Shown: positions 25,367-39,777, numbered from the whole stretch's first letter. The stretch is 53,211 nt of DNA, filler included, from Basidiobolus ranarum (GCA_040143965.1; 3 parts of 3 records of this genome joined end to end with filler, not necessarily neighbours in it), one strand, 5' to 3'. Notes: generated from the sequence alone by a model not told the origin. Numbers and translations are program-made.

Positions 25367-26749
25367 TCAACTATCTCGATCCGCTGACATACTCTTTCGC
25401 AAAACCTCATCTTCAGGAGTAACTACAATCGCAGGCCCAGTGGAAACCTGTTTCACACCACAACCTTCAGCCTCCAGCTCACGACGGAGCAATTCGTCGC
25501 TGTAGCTATTTTGTGCACCAAGCTCTTCGAGGTCAGAGCTATTCCAACTGGGTTTTCGGAGTAATCGGCGATATGTATCGGCAATCATCTGAGCATCTTT
25601 TACCGTGAGTCTTAGCGAACTACGACTAGCTTCTTCCATATTACAAATGGAATGCTTCGAAGGTTGAGTACCGTCTCCAATGGTGGTGGTGCTATGATTA
25701 TAGCAGTCAGAAAATGGGGCGAGAGTCGGCATCAGAGGTTTCTCATTTAGAGATTTTCGCTTCATAGTTTCACGCCTTTTACGCACTACGAAGAAAAGAG
25801 TAGATTTAAGCAGTTAAGGAAATAATAATGATATAAGCATGACTTCAAGGGTAAAGTGATGGCTATTGTACTAAAGGATATGCAGCAGCAACTATGCCAG
25901 CAATGACGCAGCCTGTTGATATGCCCGCGATGACTCCGGGTGAGAGCTTTCCATTAGATGATTCCGCTTGCCCTGTAGACGGTATACTTTGAGGAGCGTC
26001 TGGCAGGCTCACTTGGCTACTGGGATTGGGAATTTCAGAATTTGAACCGGAGGCTGAAGCTGGAGTGATTATATCTGTAGATGGTGGATCTATAGAAGCA
26101 ACAATAATGGTTATTAAATCCCGGCTATTATAGATATCCATTGGAAAATATCGTAAACGCACCAATAATCTTAAATATAGGACTTCTTTGCTGCCCTACA
26201 ATATCGTATCCATGAGCAACCACTACATACTGATACTTTCTTTCAGCCGCAGTATTAGGCTGTCTATTCGGAACGGGAGGGAAAATTTTCGAGCTATTGA
26301 GGTTAATGGTTAGGTACCCTTCACTATTAGGGATATTCAGCCATTCCAATACAGGGTTGCGGACATCGCTCATTTCGAAAAGTCGTACATCTACATTGCC
26401 CTGGACAAGGAACGTAGTATACTTCTGATACCAGCGTAGCGTCCCTGTTTCACCCATTGTCCAAGTGTCGTTAGCCTTGGGTAAACAGTATATATCGGGT
26501 CCACAGACGTCAGAGGCTTCTGTAAATGACAGATCAAGTTAGCAAAGAGAGTTCACGAGAAAATAGAGTCATGTCTCTATGATGCTGACATGGAGAGTGG
26601 GTGAAAATGGAAATTCGTTTACCGTCTCTAATGACTAAGTTGGATACTTTGGACACAGCACTGTCTGCCCACATCAAGGTTTTTAAGAAAAACAACATGA
26701 AGTATATTAGGTGGTTAAGGGGGCTTTTTTTTGAATGTTTTAGCCTCAT
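25367..26749 (-). CDS. Type I single-pass cell-surface protein (signal peptide, small ectodomain, Ser/Thr/Pro stalk, TM, cytoplasmic tail); about 4 exons; start at 26749 or 26698
   Basis: Hydrophobic N-terminus, ectodomain YCLPKANDTWTMGETGTLRW, S/T/P-rich stalk, TM LSPGVIAGISTGCVIAGIVAAA followed by basic RKRR; first intron (phase 1, GAC G|GTAAAC) restores frame. Confidence 0.75.
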
Positions 26750-29700
26750 GGTAAGCTATTTTGAGTGGTAAGGATGTATATTTAGATTACAAAGTTTAGC
26801 TTCGAAGAAGTCCACTGTGATGATTTGTGCTGTGAAGTTCGGGGTTTCTAATAAACTTTCCAAGATTAAATCATATATCAGAATAGATTGGCAACTGAGG
26901 GAATCGAGTGATGGAGCGTGTTCACTTGCGGGAGGGGGGATGTGAAGTAAAAATGAAGAGTCCAATTCAAAAGAACAAAAGAGCCAGCTAAAGAAGAAAA
27001 GGGTCAGTAAGTAAGAGAGAGAGAGTGGGTGAGAGAGAGAGAAAGCAAAGTGATATGATAACTCTAATTAAGAAAACGTGTGATGTGAAAATATCAGAAA
27101 TGTCGGGAGGGGTACAAGCAGCTTGCTTACAGCTTAAGGATGGGATCAAGCGAGAACCTTATTTCCTATACATATTACTTTGACATCTATCGTTGCCAAA
27201 AACAGCACTGAAGTACTCAACATCTACTTAAAAAGTGAAATCAATAATTGGTATATCCATTTTTAGATATCTTCATGCCCAATACGCATACGAGCATATA
27301 GTAGAAGCTCCATCTCGTCCTCTTAGCCATTGCTCTATTTTAGGTCATGTTATACGGAACTTTTGGTGCAACCCCTTTGATGGCATACTTACGCGGGTCT
27401 TTTCTTTTTGGATCCGAATTATTCTGATTCGTACGTTCCATTTGGGTGGAGCTGGTTCACTATCTTCGATATTGTACGGCTTATCTCCTCTGGACTCCGA
27501 TAATCCTAAAAATCATACAAGCGTTGTACGAAGCTTCTTGGTCATCCAATTGCATTTCAACCAAGGCAGCCGGAAGTGCGTCATTGATACTCGCTAATAT
27601 GAAAACTATTTTTGTTATGCCTCTCAAACGAAGAGTATATTGATTATCAAGATACACAAATAAATTTCTAATCGACCACTGCTTGGCGTGTAACAATACC
27701 GTTTCTCAAAACAAATCAGTTGGTACGACAGGTAGATGTTGTTGCCGCACTCGATCTCCGTGAATCGAACCTCATTAATAGTAATAGGCTACGAATGTAA
27801 TAAGACACTTAGTACAAGGCATACTCACATCATGCTTTGATCAGTGTGGAGAAGGTTCGCTGTTGCTCCTGCATTCATACCAGTATTAAAGCTAGGTAAA
27901 CATTAATTTACATTTTATCCGATCACTCCTGCTTTCAGTTCCATTTGAATATATCCTGTGTAAGTTGTGTAGAATCAAAATTAAGGAATATGCTGTGCCA
28001 GCCGAGTGAAGTCAATGCTAAGGAATATCTTTCTATTCGGATCGGCACATTTGTTTTACTACTTTTCTGTCGCAGTCAGGTAGAAATAGTCAATCTTCAT
28101 GTTTCACTATAATGAGAATATTATACAGCAACATATGCAGCATTTAGTTAGAGATATGCAGCGTGGATGGAAATGGGTTAGATCTACCCAACAGTAAACA
28201 GGGTTTGCCCCCGCATATTCACCTACAGTTTATTCCTTAGGGTAATTACACTTGCAGGGATAGTTCTAGTAGCAATTGTCTAAGCGCTACACAGAGTTTT
28301 GCACTGTTGGAGTAAAAAGCCGTTTCTCGCATCACTAATGTAAATACTGTGTTCAGAATAGGCGCTGCGTAATACCATGCAAAGGAGCTTACAATTCGAA
28401 ACATTGCCAGCATACCATTCTCAAAATACTGATGGTTATAATAAATGCTGAGTCTTCAAGACGTTTCTATCTCAAATATAGGATTTCAATAGGGCTACAC
28501 AGCATTCTCAATCTCGATAAATAATTTGAAGCGATGATCAGCTAATGGCTTCCTTATGTAGATATTCATCATTGCTTAACTCTAAGCTTAAAGTTGCGTG
28601 GTACTTCTGTCGACTGTAAAGAAACCCGTCTAAGCATATGCCCGTTTTTATCTGTGGTGTTGCTTGAATGGAAACCAACGAGATTCGTGTTGCCAAATCT
28701 ATAGATAGAATGCTATTTTGGATTGCTAAAATTAACACATTGATTTGTTGCTGTTAATATCCTCAAATTCAGTATTAACTCAGCACACAAATATAGTGAA
28801 GGCATATTACCCCAAAGAATAGTGATTTTCTGTAACTAATCACGAAACAAAAGCTACAAAAAAATGATTGAAGGGTCATAACATAATGTGAGTCTGTGAA
28901 TATATTTCGCTCCCGGATTTGAACTTAACGCTGATATGGAAAACTCTCCAAAAATAGATTTCTATTGGTCTCATACTAGCTATCCTAGCTGCACTAAATT
29001 TCCATTCAATAAGGTGTCTCGCCTCTTGTAAGATAGTTCATAGCTGTCACACTGTTGTTCTCTTTGTATTTTACCGAACTTTTTGAAGAGCTGCCAGTAG
29101 CTGGCTTGATTTCTTTTGATTGTGTTGACATTTCGAGGAATCAGTTATGGCCTCTTAGCAGGGTATGCGACATACCAGAGTCATTTACTTGCTTCTTATG
29201 GTTAATCTACGCCGCTTGGCATTCTGTATGGAGTTGAAGAGAGATGACCTACCCTACCAGGTTCTGTAGTGCCCTCAGCCCAAAGAAGTTTAGGAGTCAA
29301 TGGAACGTCCCAATATAGGTGGGTTGCTAAGTCGTGGGTACTGATGGAAAATCGTTAGATGGGTTGGGTTTATAAAGATTTCAGATTATTCTATTATACA
29401 TTGATTTTGAATGAGATTCCAGAATAAAGATGCAGATAAGAGAAATCCGGTATTTGCTAGATCATTTCTGGATATTATGTCAATTACGTCTCCTCCAAAT
29501 CCCACATTTGAAATTAATAAACTAATGCATAGTCACTAATGCGTTGCATATCATTGAATTATTAGTCATAGGCTTTCAGCAAAGTCCTGAGATGGTTATT
29601 GGTGGTGCCCGCACTCCAGTGTAACATTACAGTGAGGTCTAAGGAGCCAGAAGTGTGTAAAAGGTGTTATTTATTTTGAACACCACTGATGGGTACCGTC

Positions 29701-29973
29701 CTCATGACTACCAAATGTGGAAGTGAATTAATTATAGATCACTCAGCCAATGAGCTCCCCATTAATTGTGGCGTATATAACAATGACGAGGGGCATGATT
29801 CGGATGTCTTTTTTCTCACACAACCTAGCTTGAATTTTTGCTTCTACTTGCTTGTTTACTCAAGTACTCATCGTAACTAACTTCACTTCAAACCTCAAGG
29901 GTGTGTGTACCCCCCATCGTATCAAATATCGATTCTTTCTTCAAGTAGTCTTTAAATATTGCAAACGAAAAGC

Positions 29974-32664
29974 ATGAATTTTCGGCATTTGTTGTTATTT
30001 TGGATATTTAAAATCTCATTAGTATGGTGTCAAATTACAGAAATTGTTAGGGAGAATGCTTATTCCTTGGATGATGGCCGGACCATCTGGAATGTCGCCA
30101 AAAGAGATCCCACTATCTGGGCAGCTGGCATCGACATAACCCAACCTGCTGTCACAGACCGACTTAATGCTGCAAGTCAAAATGATACAGTTTTTGTATT
30201 TGACCAAAACCGTACAGCCATCTTCTCAAAGGACGTTCCCAAAGTCGTTGAGGACAGGGATTCTCAATGGGTCTCCCTACCTAACGGAGACTTGGGGTAT
30301 TTTTACGTCGGTTTTGGTACTCGTACTCTTTATCTTCAAATTTTCACTGCTAAAGGTGATCTCAAGGCCGGCCCTATTGCATACCAGGATGTCTTTTGTT
30401 TTTCTGCCGTTGCCAGCACTCAACCAGTGGATGGAAGTAACTACATTACTGTAGCTCTTGTGGCTAATCAGATTGCAAACCCTACACTTCACGTGATGGT
30501 TTTAAACCCTGATGGAAGTCAAGTCAGTGATACCACTTTAGATACCGCATCGTTTGACGTTACTTCGTTGAATCATAAGATATATATAACCTCGGCCGCT
30601 GATGGTAGTTTCTTGTTAACCTGGCCTGATAAGACTCGTGACAATTACAAGGCGATTCGTGCCGCGTATTATAAACCAGGTCAACTGGTATCGAAACCCT
30701 TCATTGTTGTTTCTGCGTCAGTGAACAGTCTTAGCTTCCTATCCATTACGAAGTGCGATTCAATGAAAATTGGTGATGGTTATTATTGTATATACGACGA
30801 AGTTACACAAGTTGCAAATTCTTATGCACGCACTCCCTATATCGCTGTATTTACAACCTCTGGATCTATGTATATTCCTCCCAATGCTCTTGCCACTAAT
30901 GCTACCACTGTTGCAACTTTTCAGGGAACTATAGGAACTGGGCTTCCATATGGTGGACTTTTGCTAGCACCAAGTGGGACGACCTTGCTATATAATGCTA
31001 ATTGGAAACTTCAGACATTTGATAACCAAGGATTTATACTCTCCAATCCAAATATTGTGTTACCAAATAACACCGTAATATCAGTAGTTAAGCAAACCAA
31101 TGCTCAACCTGGTGATTGGATGATTGGAAGTGCGTGGAAAGCTACTACTCTCAACCCTACCAAGTTATTTACTGAGTCGAAGTATGGCAATAACCCAGCC
31201 ATTTTGTCAGCATCTCCTGCTCTTGCTGGTCAGGTTCCGGTCAATACAGATTCCATCAAAATTAATTTTAGCAAAGAGAATTTCCGTAATGGCTTTGGTA
31301 ATATTACAATTTACGACGCTGATTATCCACAGTATCCACGCCAGTTTATTACCATTGTACCAGGTACCGCCAATATTGGAAACACCTATACAACCAAAGT
31401 AGCCAGATACGCCTTTAATACCCCAAATACTAACTACTATATAACTGTGGATGGTGGTGCTTTCCAGAGCAACATCGAGGAACCTCTCATGGGCATCAGA
31501 AAAGGGATTTGGGCGTTTAAGACTGGTGCTGCCACCGACACCAGTGATAAATCTGATATTGTACTTCAAATCCGTATTTTAAATGCAATAGTTGCAACTA
31601 GTGATACTGGTGCTGTGTCTAGGCAGCTCGCAACCGAGCTTGCTCAAATTCTTCCCATCGAAAGTGAGCGTATCTCAGTGCGTCATTTGCGTAGTGATGG
31701 TAGTAGCGGCGACATTTACCAAATTACCTTGAAGCGTCTGCGTGGTAGTGGGAAGCAAACCGCATCTAGCTTGGCTCAGGATCTTCAATCCATGGTGAGC
31801 GATCAATCAGCATCCTCAGGTCTACTTGTTGGGACTACAACTCTAGCCATTGATCGTGGATTTGGTGCAGTTGTGGAAGAAAATGTGTTTTCGTCCAACA
31901 AATGGGCTCTTATTGGCATTCTTTGTGGTATCGTTGTGATTATTGTGGCGTACATTGTTATGTGCCGTCGTTTCCCAGATAGTGACAATATCATGTTAAT
32001 TGTGTTGGCCATTTCGTTGTTCGATTTTTTCTCGGATCTGTTCTTCATCGTCATGAACTCCGGAGATGTACCATCACTTCGTGTCCCAAGCATTATCTTC
32101 TTTATTGTACCATTTGCATTCAACATGGTTGCTTCCACCGCAATTATCGTCAAAGAGGTATCTACCAACTCATCATTCCATGAGTGGTTCTCTCGTAGAA
32201 CGTTAGTAACCAGTGCTGTCTCCGTGCTAAGTGCCACCAACCCTTATCTCCTACACCTACTAAAGAGTAAATTCGCTGCTATCAGCGATTTGGATGCACC
32301 TATGTCAGAGAACGTCTCCAAATGGATTCTTTATTGCACTGCTGTTGATATTATTGTTGAAGACATCCCACAACTTGTTATTCAGGTAAGAGTATTGATT
32401 GTTTCTTGAATGAGGAATGTGGGCACTAATTTGAACTATCTGTAGACTATGTACAAAACGCACAATGGATTTTTCAAGCTGGCACCATTCTTGTCGCTAG
32501 TCTCTAGTTGTTTGGGGATTGTAATTTCCATCATTTCTCATGTGTATACTCATTTAGCACACAAGAACGGCCCTAAGAACATCGCCCGTAAGGGTACCGA
32601 CTTCTCGGGATCTCACTTCCAGATCAATGATACCGTAGAGCATAAAAGATCCGTTCACCAATAA
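29974..32664 (+). CDS. Large membrane protein: signal peptide, ~620-aa ectodomain with a Big_5/SbsA-type Ig-like domain, multi-TM C-terminus with XK-like motifs; exons 29974-32385 and 32446-32664
   Basis: Long ORF; MNFRHLLLFWIFKISLVWC signal; SPALAGQVPVNTDSIKINFS...GNITIY...NTNYYITVDGGAF...WAFKT Ig-like pattern; several hydrophobic helices with DFFSD and EDIPQLVIQ; phase-0 intron gtaaga...tgtag. Confidence 0.85.
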
Positions 32665-34342
32665 ATCATTGAGTGAAGTAAATGTAGGATTTATTCAGAG
32701 ACGTTCCTTCGCGCCCTATTCTTCATTCACTATGTAGCTTCATTCTATTTGCACTTTTCCATTCCCGAATTTTTCTTTACCACCCACATACACCGTCAAT
32801 ATTCTGCAATAGCTATTTGCGGTCGATTCCAATTCTCCTCTTCCATATAAGATGGATGGATTCGGTGGAAACGTCATACTGTTTCAAATTCATATTGTTC
32901 TATGAAACCGATGGTTTAGTCACTTGGATTTATTAATGAATCCGGTCCCTCTCCCCCCGAATACAGTCCACTGAATTCTTATCACTTCACAATCCCCCCA
33001 GAATTTCTCCACTTTTGAAGTTGACAATATAATATATTATCCTTAGTAATTATTAATTATTCCAACCTGATCTATCGCTTGATTTTCATTGGTCTCATTC
33101 TAGATTCTTTTCGACATCCAAATCTTCTCATCATTAATTGAAAGTTATTTTGTTACCAGGAATACATTTCCCATCCACAACGAGTCGAAGCAGGAATATG
33201 ATGCTGTAAGATGGTATGAGTGTCTTAAGTTAATACCACCACTAAGGCAGCTCTCACGATACTCATGAATTGGTTAAATTTTCAAAAACTTCCATGAAAC
33301 CGACTCCTATCAGTTTTCTTTGGCTTACCGGTATGTACATTACTTATCTTTGCCGTAAGCAACTTTATCATGGTGAAAGTTATTCTAATTCCCTCCATAT
33401 TACCCCAAGTATAGAGAACTATAGACAAGTTCTAGATATCATTTATACTGAAGTACCATTATCTGGGTAACTTGACAGATGAAAAGCATAGTAAAACTAT
33501 ATTTAAAGTAGGCCATACTATCGTTGGATACTACTAGTATTTATATAATTACTTCCATTATTAATTGTTGAAGTGACTATTCATCAATTGATGGTTTCAA
33601 TAAAATTTTCTTTACATTTCTAACACAATTACAAATACCTTGTTTCGATTCAATAAATCTGTTAATATACGTAGTATAATTCTCATAAGTGATATGTATG
33701 TTTATTACATGTAACAGTATATAAGCCTGTGCTCAACAACAGCCTACGTTCACACTAGTGCTGGTATAGGTGCACCTATTTTCTAATGTTAAAAGTAATG
33801 CTTAAAAGTTACGCTTAGAAAGTACACTCACTGTTACTTTGCCTCCAAATATGAAATGGAGCCTGAAAATTCTGAAAAAAGCATTGTAGGGCATTTAATG
33901 GAAACTCTCGGCATAAACTTTGGCTGGTGGCAGAAATATTGTAAAATTTTGGTAGTAAAATATGTAAACGTATGAAATATAGGAGTGTTTATATAATAAG
34001 ATAAAATCAATACATCTGGAAAATAAGATATATTGGCCATACATATATAGTGTAACACCTAATTATAATATAGCAGCTACTGATTCTGGGCTTTCCTGTA
34101 TCTAATATTTGTATCATAGCCAAAGTAAACAAAGGTGCTAAGTAATGACAAAAAGTCCATCACCATCCAGTAATTACAATTTAGCGTTATATTTATGTTT
34201 ACTAATGTTGAGTTTAGAATAGTCTAAACGTATATATACATATATATATATTGTAGTGGATAGCTTACTACTTAGTTAATCCATACTTCCCTAAGATAGC
34301 ACTTACTATTCACAATTCCAACCCACTCAGATTATTTTTACC

Positions 34343-34546
34343 ACTTAGAAGTTCTCAGATACATAGATTTCTCAAACTTATCCTAGAAGTCATAGGCATT
34401 GGACACATGTTCTTTGTACCTTCCTTAGCACATTCTATATTTTTGCTTGTATATATTCTGAAAAAACTATAGTTCTCAACATTTAACTCAATGTATCATT
34501 AAGTGCAAAGCAGTAATTCTTCTAGTTTCATAAACAACTTCCAACA
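34343..34546 (-). repeat. Degenerate interspersed repeat, copy B (homologous to 19684-19885)
   Basis: Reverse complement aligns colinearly with 19684-19885 by eye; lies in an AT-rich, ORF-poor stretch next to a (TA)n run at ~34231-34250. Confidence 0.75.
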
Positions 34547-35482
34547 AATACCTAGAGCTCTACAACATGTTGTGGGCCTTAAGATTATATTCTCTGTAAT
34601 ATCTGCTTCTTAAATATCAAGAATTCTACCTTGTTCCAAAAAAATTACATGGAATATGTTATAGAGTTTGGGAAATCAAGATGAAAGTTCTGAAGCAGGA
34701 AAGAAGGCTTTAGGATTTTATTGTATGAAAAGAGATAATGTAAAAATGTCTGAAACCAAAGTTTTTCCTGCTCAAGAAAGCATAAAGTTTCTTTAATATT
34801 CAACATTTGACTATTTCTTTGGCTCAGTAAAGCTCAAATGTTTTAACACTTTTTTCTTGGAGGCACTTAGATCAAGTCTGTTAAATTAAGACAAACTGTA
34901 TTAAGGATGTTTAAGCTGGAGATATTTGCAGAGCTAATCTAACTAATAAGAGTCTTGAGATTGACAGCAAGTAGCTAAGTAGTGACAGAGAGTTGATTTA
35001 CTATGTGGTTAGTCATTGTGATATGTATATACTAGCAAATCCTATGGTCATCAATGGAAAATGGAATGAGTATATGACAATATATAAATTACAGTAGCCA
35101 GGTGGTATGAAACTAGTATGTGTGCAGACACTGACTAAACCAATAGGTTCAGTTGTCTCTAGTTATAACTTCTCATTGAAAGCAACTAATTTCAGATGAG
35201 CTGATGTCAGATCCAGCTCAAGTTGATGAAAAACTATCTAAGTACCAGAAAATTCAATCAGCTTGGATTGTGGTAGCTTTTGCATAGATTAACCAATGGT
35301 ATTCTTACAGGATTGCAATGACATTTTTGAAGCAAGCTTACTAGCAGCAATTCAATCCCATTGCTAAACCACATATTTATTGGGAAAATATGGGCTGTTT
35401 GGAGGAACTTTAGAAAAGTGGAGTTGTGAATAGCTTTGTGAGATAATTATTTATTGACCAGAAATTAAGCATTTATACATTT

Positions 35483-35582
35483 NNNNNNNNNNNNNNNNNN
35501 NNNNNNNNNNNNNNNNNNNNNNNNNNTTAATTAATTAANNNNNNNNNNNNNNNNNNNNNNNNNNNNNNNNNNNNNNNNNNNN
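35483..35582. other. Artificial contig-joining spacer
   Basis: 44 N + TTAATTAATTAA + 44 N, identical to 17711-17810. Confidence 0.97.
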
Positions 35583-36367
35583 CAATCACAGTAACTATAC
35601 CCGTTAAACCCATTCCCTTGCCAATCACAGTCCAGACCTAACCTTTAACCGTCTGTTAGGTCGAATCAGGTTATCGCTATGTTAGGGCTTTGATTATGTT
35701 AACACCCCAAAGAAAGGAATTTCTTAGGGTTAGGGCTCCACTACCTCTCATAACTATGAAAGACACGTATAACTGAATCAGAAATAGGCATGTATGAGCA
35801 CTATGCAAGATTTCCACTTTGTGGCAAGTTTAATGCGTATTTGTATATAGTATAAAGAACTTTCTTTGGACCAGTCATCATACGCACAACCATACGCGCA
35901 TCAATATACCTAATCAATTGTCTGAGTCAAAGTCTGTAGTACACTTGGCTACAAGCTTATTTAGTCATTAGTGCCATTGAAATTGAGGGTTAGGGCAAAA
36001 GTAAACACTGAATCGTTTATGCTTAAATTATATAATAATGGTTTCAACTTCCAACCAATCAAGCAACGCTGTAGTGTATCATCTATAGCCTCTCATCGTC
36101 CACTAAGGATTGAAATCACTCTGAGATCCTCTTCACTTTCCTCATAGTATTCTTCACTTTTTGACTCTATATTGGCGGAGAACAATAGTAGTGTATTGAA
36201 AGTGAGAATTTCATTCTGCATCATTTGAGCTGCGTTATTTTTGTCACTGTGTCTAGTTGTTACTAGCGTTTTTCTACCACAAAAATCGTACTTGGCAGGT
36301 CCTGGTTCGATATCACTCACCACTTCCAACTCACGTATATCACCCACCTTTCTTTCTATAAGTTCAG

Positions 36368-37282
36368 ATGAGTTCCATCTATTCTTCAGACTGCTCTACG
36401 GCGACAGTTTCTCAAGAGAGCTTAGTCTATATTTCACAAACTCTCAAGAGAGGTTACCTCACAGTTCGCGGAGCTGGTATCCGAAACTGGATGTGGACCA
36501 AAAGGCTGATTATTTTGAAAAACCTAGCCATCACCATTCACAAACATGAGGTAAAGAGAAATTATCTTTAGTGTGTAAAAGCTCATATTAACTGATATAT
36601 TTTATGAAGAATGATATCAAAGCATCCGATGTAATATGTCTGGAAAATATTGTGGATATAGAACGCTCTGATGCTCGACCTTATTGCTTTAAACTCGCCA
36701 CCACGACTAAGACCTATTACCTGTGTTGTCGAAATGAAGTGGAGTTAAGCTCGTGGATGGATGATATATATAAGGTGATTTTTTTAATCATATCGTGTGT
36801 ATAGTCAAATGAACATTTTATTTATTTCTCCACTTCTTTATCCAGAAAACTTCCATGAAAGGAGTTTCTAATCCCACTAACTTTCAACACGATTCCCATT
36901 TGGGATTCAACCAAGAAACGGGTACCCTAGAGTGTGCTGGTAAAGAATTCGAGTCTGTTCAAGCCAGTAGCTTAACAAGAGAGGATTACGCAGCGAACCC
37001 TCACGTGATGCTATCCTTGATGAGCTTATGTACTGGCCAAGAAAAACTTTACTCTGACGAAGAATCTAAAGATAAAAATAACAGATATCGATACTCCATA
37101 AAACCTACCTCTAACTTGAGAAAGAGTCGATACCAATTGCCAGAAATCCCCAAAAAATTATCGGTTTTATTCGACGATTTTGATGTAAGTTAATTCAATT
37201 TAATTTCGCATGAGTTTAACGAATTTTAATATCTTCATTTATATAGACCTCCTCATTTTTAACCAAAACCCAAGTAAACTGA
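36368..37282 (+). CDS. Cla4/PAK-like PH + CRIB (PBD) protein lacking the kinase domain; exons 36368-36550, 36610-36774, 36846-37184, 37247-37282
   Basis: KRGYLTVRGAGIRNWMWTKRLIIL...YYLCCRNEVELSSWMDDIY is a Cla4-type PH domain; GVSNPTNFQHDSHLGFNQETG...LTREDYAANPHVM is a CRIB/PBD; three phase-0 introns; stop TGA 37280-37282. Confidence 0.85.
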
Positions 37283-39777
37283 AGTTTACGTCTTTTAGAA
37301 GATGCGTGTATTTTTGAACTTGTCCACCTCCAGTAATTCATTGTTAACCCTACTTTATAAGCGGATGACATTAAGCGAGGCAAAATTCAGTTAAATCAAT
37401 TTTTTTCTATTGAATTATATTTATTATTGTTTAAATGAATGTATGTCCCAGATTTTGGTATCAACATTCCTTTTATTAGGCTCATTATAAGCCATCCTTA
37501 ATGTGAAAATATAACTTTGTTGTTTACATCTTTAAGTTGAATTCCACTTTAAATTTTCCCTCAAACGTGCATATATATATAAATCCCTAATATCATCATT
37601 CATAGTTAACAAATTTGATGACTAGAATAACATTTAATATATCCAAAGGCGATGTTAACTGAATTTCTGTACCATGGGCGTGTTTCACAAAGCGACGGTG
37701 GTAATTAACGAATCTTCTTGTGACTGTTCTATGGTCAAGGGATTCTATTATTACTTGTTTGACTTGAGCGTTTAAACCACAAGTATCCTTAAATTGTATT
37801 GCATAGATAGAGATGAGAATCAATATGCTTATGTAGTGATAAATTTTGTCGCAATCAATTTTGTAAGAATTCCATTTACATCATAATTATAGATTCCTAA
37901 TTTCTCATGCCATAAGCGGGTCTTACACTAAATGAATCTGAAACAGCCGAAAGACTATTTTTATCTTTTGAATACAGATCATATGAATGGGTGATTTATT
38001 TGATGGAGTATGTAGATCATAAAACATGGACTGTTTTCATGAAATTAATCTCTGACACCTTATTCCTATATATAGGTGATCTTGAACTTTACGCCATTTG
38101 ATTTGAAATATATTGAATTTGTAAATGGTATTCTTAATTGGTCTAGCTTGGACATCTATCTACGATGAGGTGTTCGTATATTATATTCTGATTACCTAGT
38201 TACGTTTGTGATACTGAGAGGTTTCCCTTCAGTGTAGAAGTTTTCTTCGTGTTTTGGAGATGAGTGGCCTCCACTTACCGCCATATTGACATGTTTAGAT
38301 ATATTATCGGTGGTCAGTATTTAGAGTAGCAATATCATAAAAAGGAAGTTGTACTCCCTCTGCTTCACCTAGCCGTATCTTATTTAGAAGTAACATTTGA
38401 ATTTTATTTAAAATGTTGGTATTCTTTTAATTGATGAAATTCAATAAAATTACCATGCATTAATCATTTAGTTATATAGTAGAGATTGAATTAGCATATG
38501 AATGAGGTTCTTCACTATATTGGTGTATTCAATGTCCACTTTTGTAGATTCAGAGATGGCTTTTTGTACTATAGAAAACTATCTCTAGATTGAGGATATT
38601 AGATACGTATCTATGACCAATGTATTCCACTTCCCCAGTGGTTATCATTTGCAAAGCATAATGACATTTATTTGTGCAATACAAGTTCTTTCAATATTCA
38701 TTGTAAAAATAGAGGGTAATAATTGTGGAGTCTATAATTAAAGTACGCCGGCTTTTCTTAAAGCTCCAGTCGTGAGAGGCATAATAGAGATTGTTCAAGT
38801 ATTTATCATAAGCGGGGTTTTTGTGTGATTATCAGCAAATGTAACAAGGCAGATAGATAAGTTCAAGATAAACTGATAATCAACATCATTGTATAGAAAG
38901 GATTAGTTCACAGATAAATTGAATTAGTTGGCATTATGCAACGCGATGCGAAGGTTGAATGAGTCCGGAGGGGAGCTGTTTAGAGTGATCCATAAGGGAC
39001 CTTGAGTGTTCCAGCACAGTTAAGGTAGATTTCCAAAATCCAATGTAGTTCTATGTGGGTGTACAGATGGAAGTACATATGATTTGTTTGACTCCCTAGC
39101 TCCATTGATCGCATCTGAGGACTTGGAATAATTGACCATTGTCACTCGCCAATCGTAGGAAAAGCAATTTTATGCTCTACCCCGGTGGTTATCATTCGCA
39201 TGTCATCTTCATTATGATTTTAATGAGCGCAAGATGTTCATCACGAGAGCATTCATTTAAGTGGGATACACGAATCAGCATTTTTTGTTTGGGATACTCG
39301 TGATTTCCAAGTTTCACAATAGGTTTTGTTGATCCACTTGCATCCTATTTTTGTGCCTATGCTTAAAGGGAAATATAATTTATAGGTGCGCGTTGACAAC
39401 TCAATCTTCTATTTGCTTCTTTCTCTCTCATTCTTTCTTGGCTCTTCGCTTCATCATAGAAGCATTCTTTATCATACCCAAACACCTAGTAAACTCTAAA
39501 TAACCACCCTCATCTCTTTCGCTTCGGTTCTTAAATAATTGATAATTGTGAATGCCTGTTGGAATATAAAAGAGAATAGAATGAAGTGGAATCAAAGCTT
39601 GGACGAACATCTGACTAATTATGGTTGGCTTTACCTGACTAAGTGAACCTCTTCCTCTATACGACCGACCCACTAACTCATATATGCACTTATCTAGGAT
39701 GCCTATACACACTTCAGTTACTCTTCAATCTTTTCTCTCGGGAGGAAAGCAAACTAAGACTTCAAAAGGCCGAAGTA

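Noticed and set aside
27740-27800. tRNA-like T-loop GGTTCGATTC on the minus strand
   Set aside because: Flanking bases do not form a T-stem or acceptor stem.
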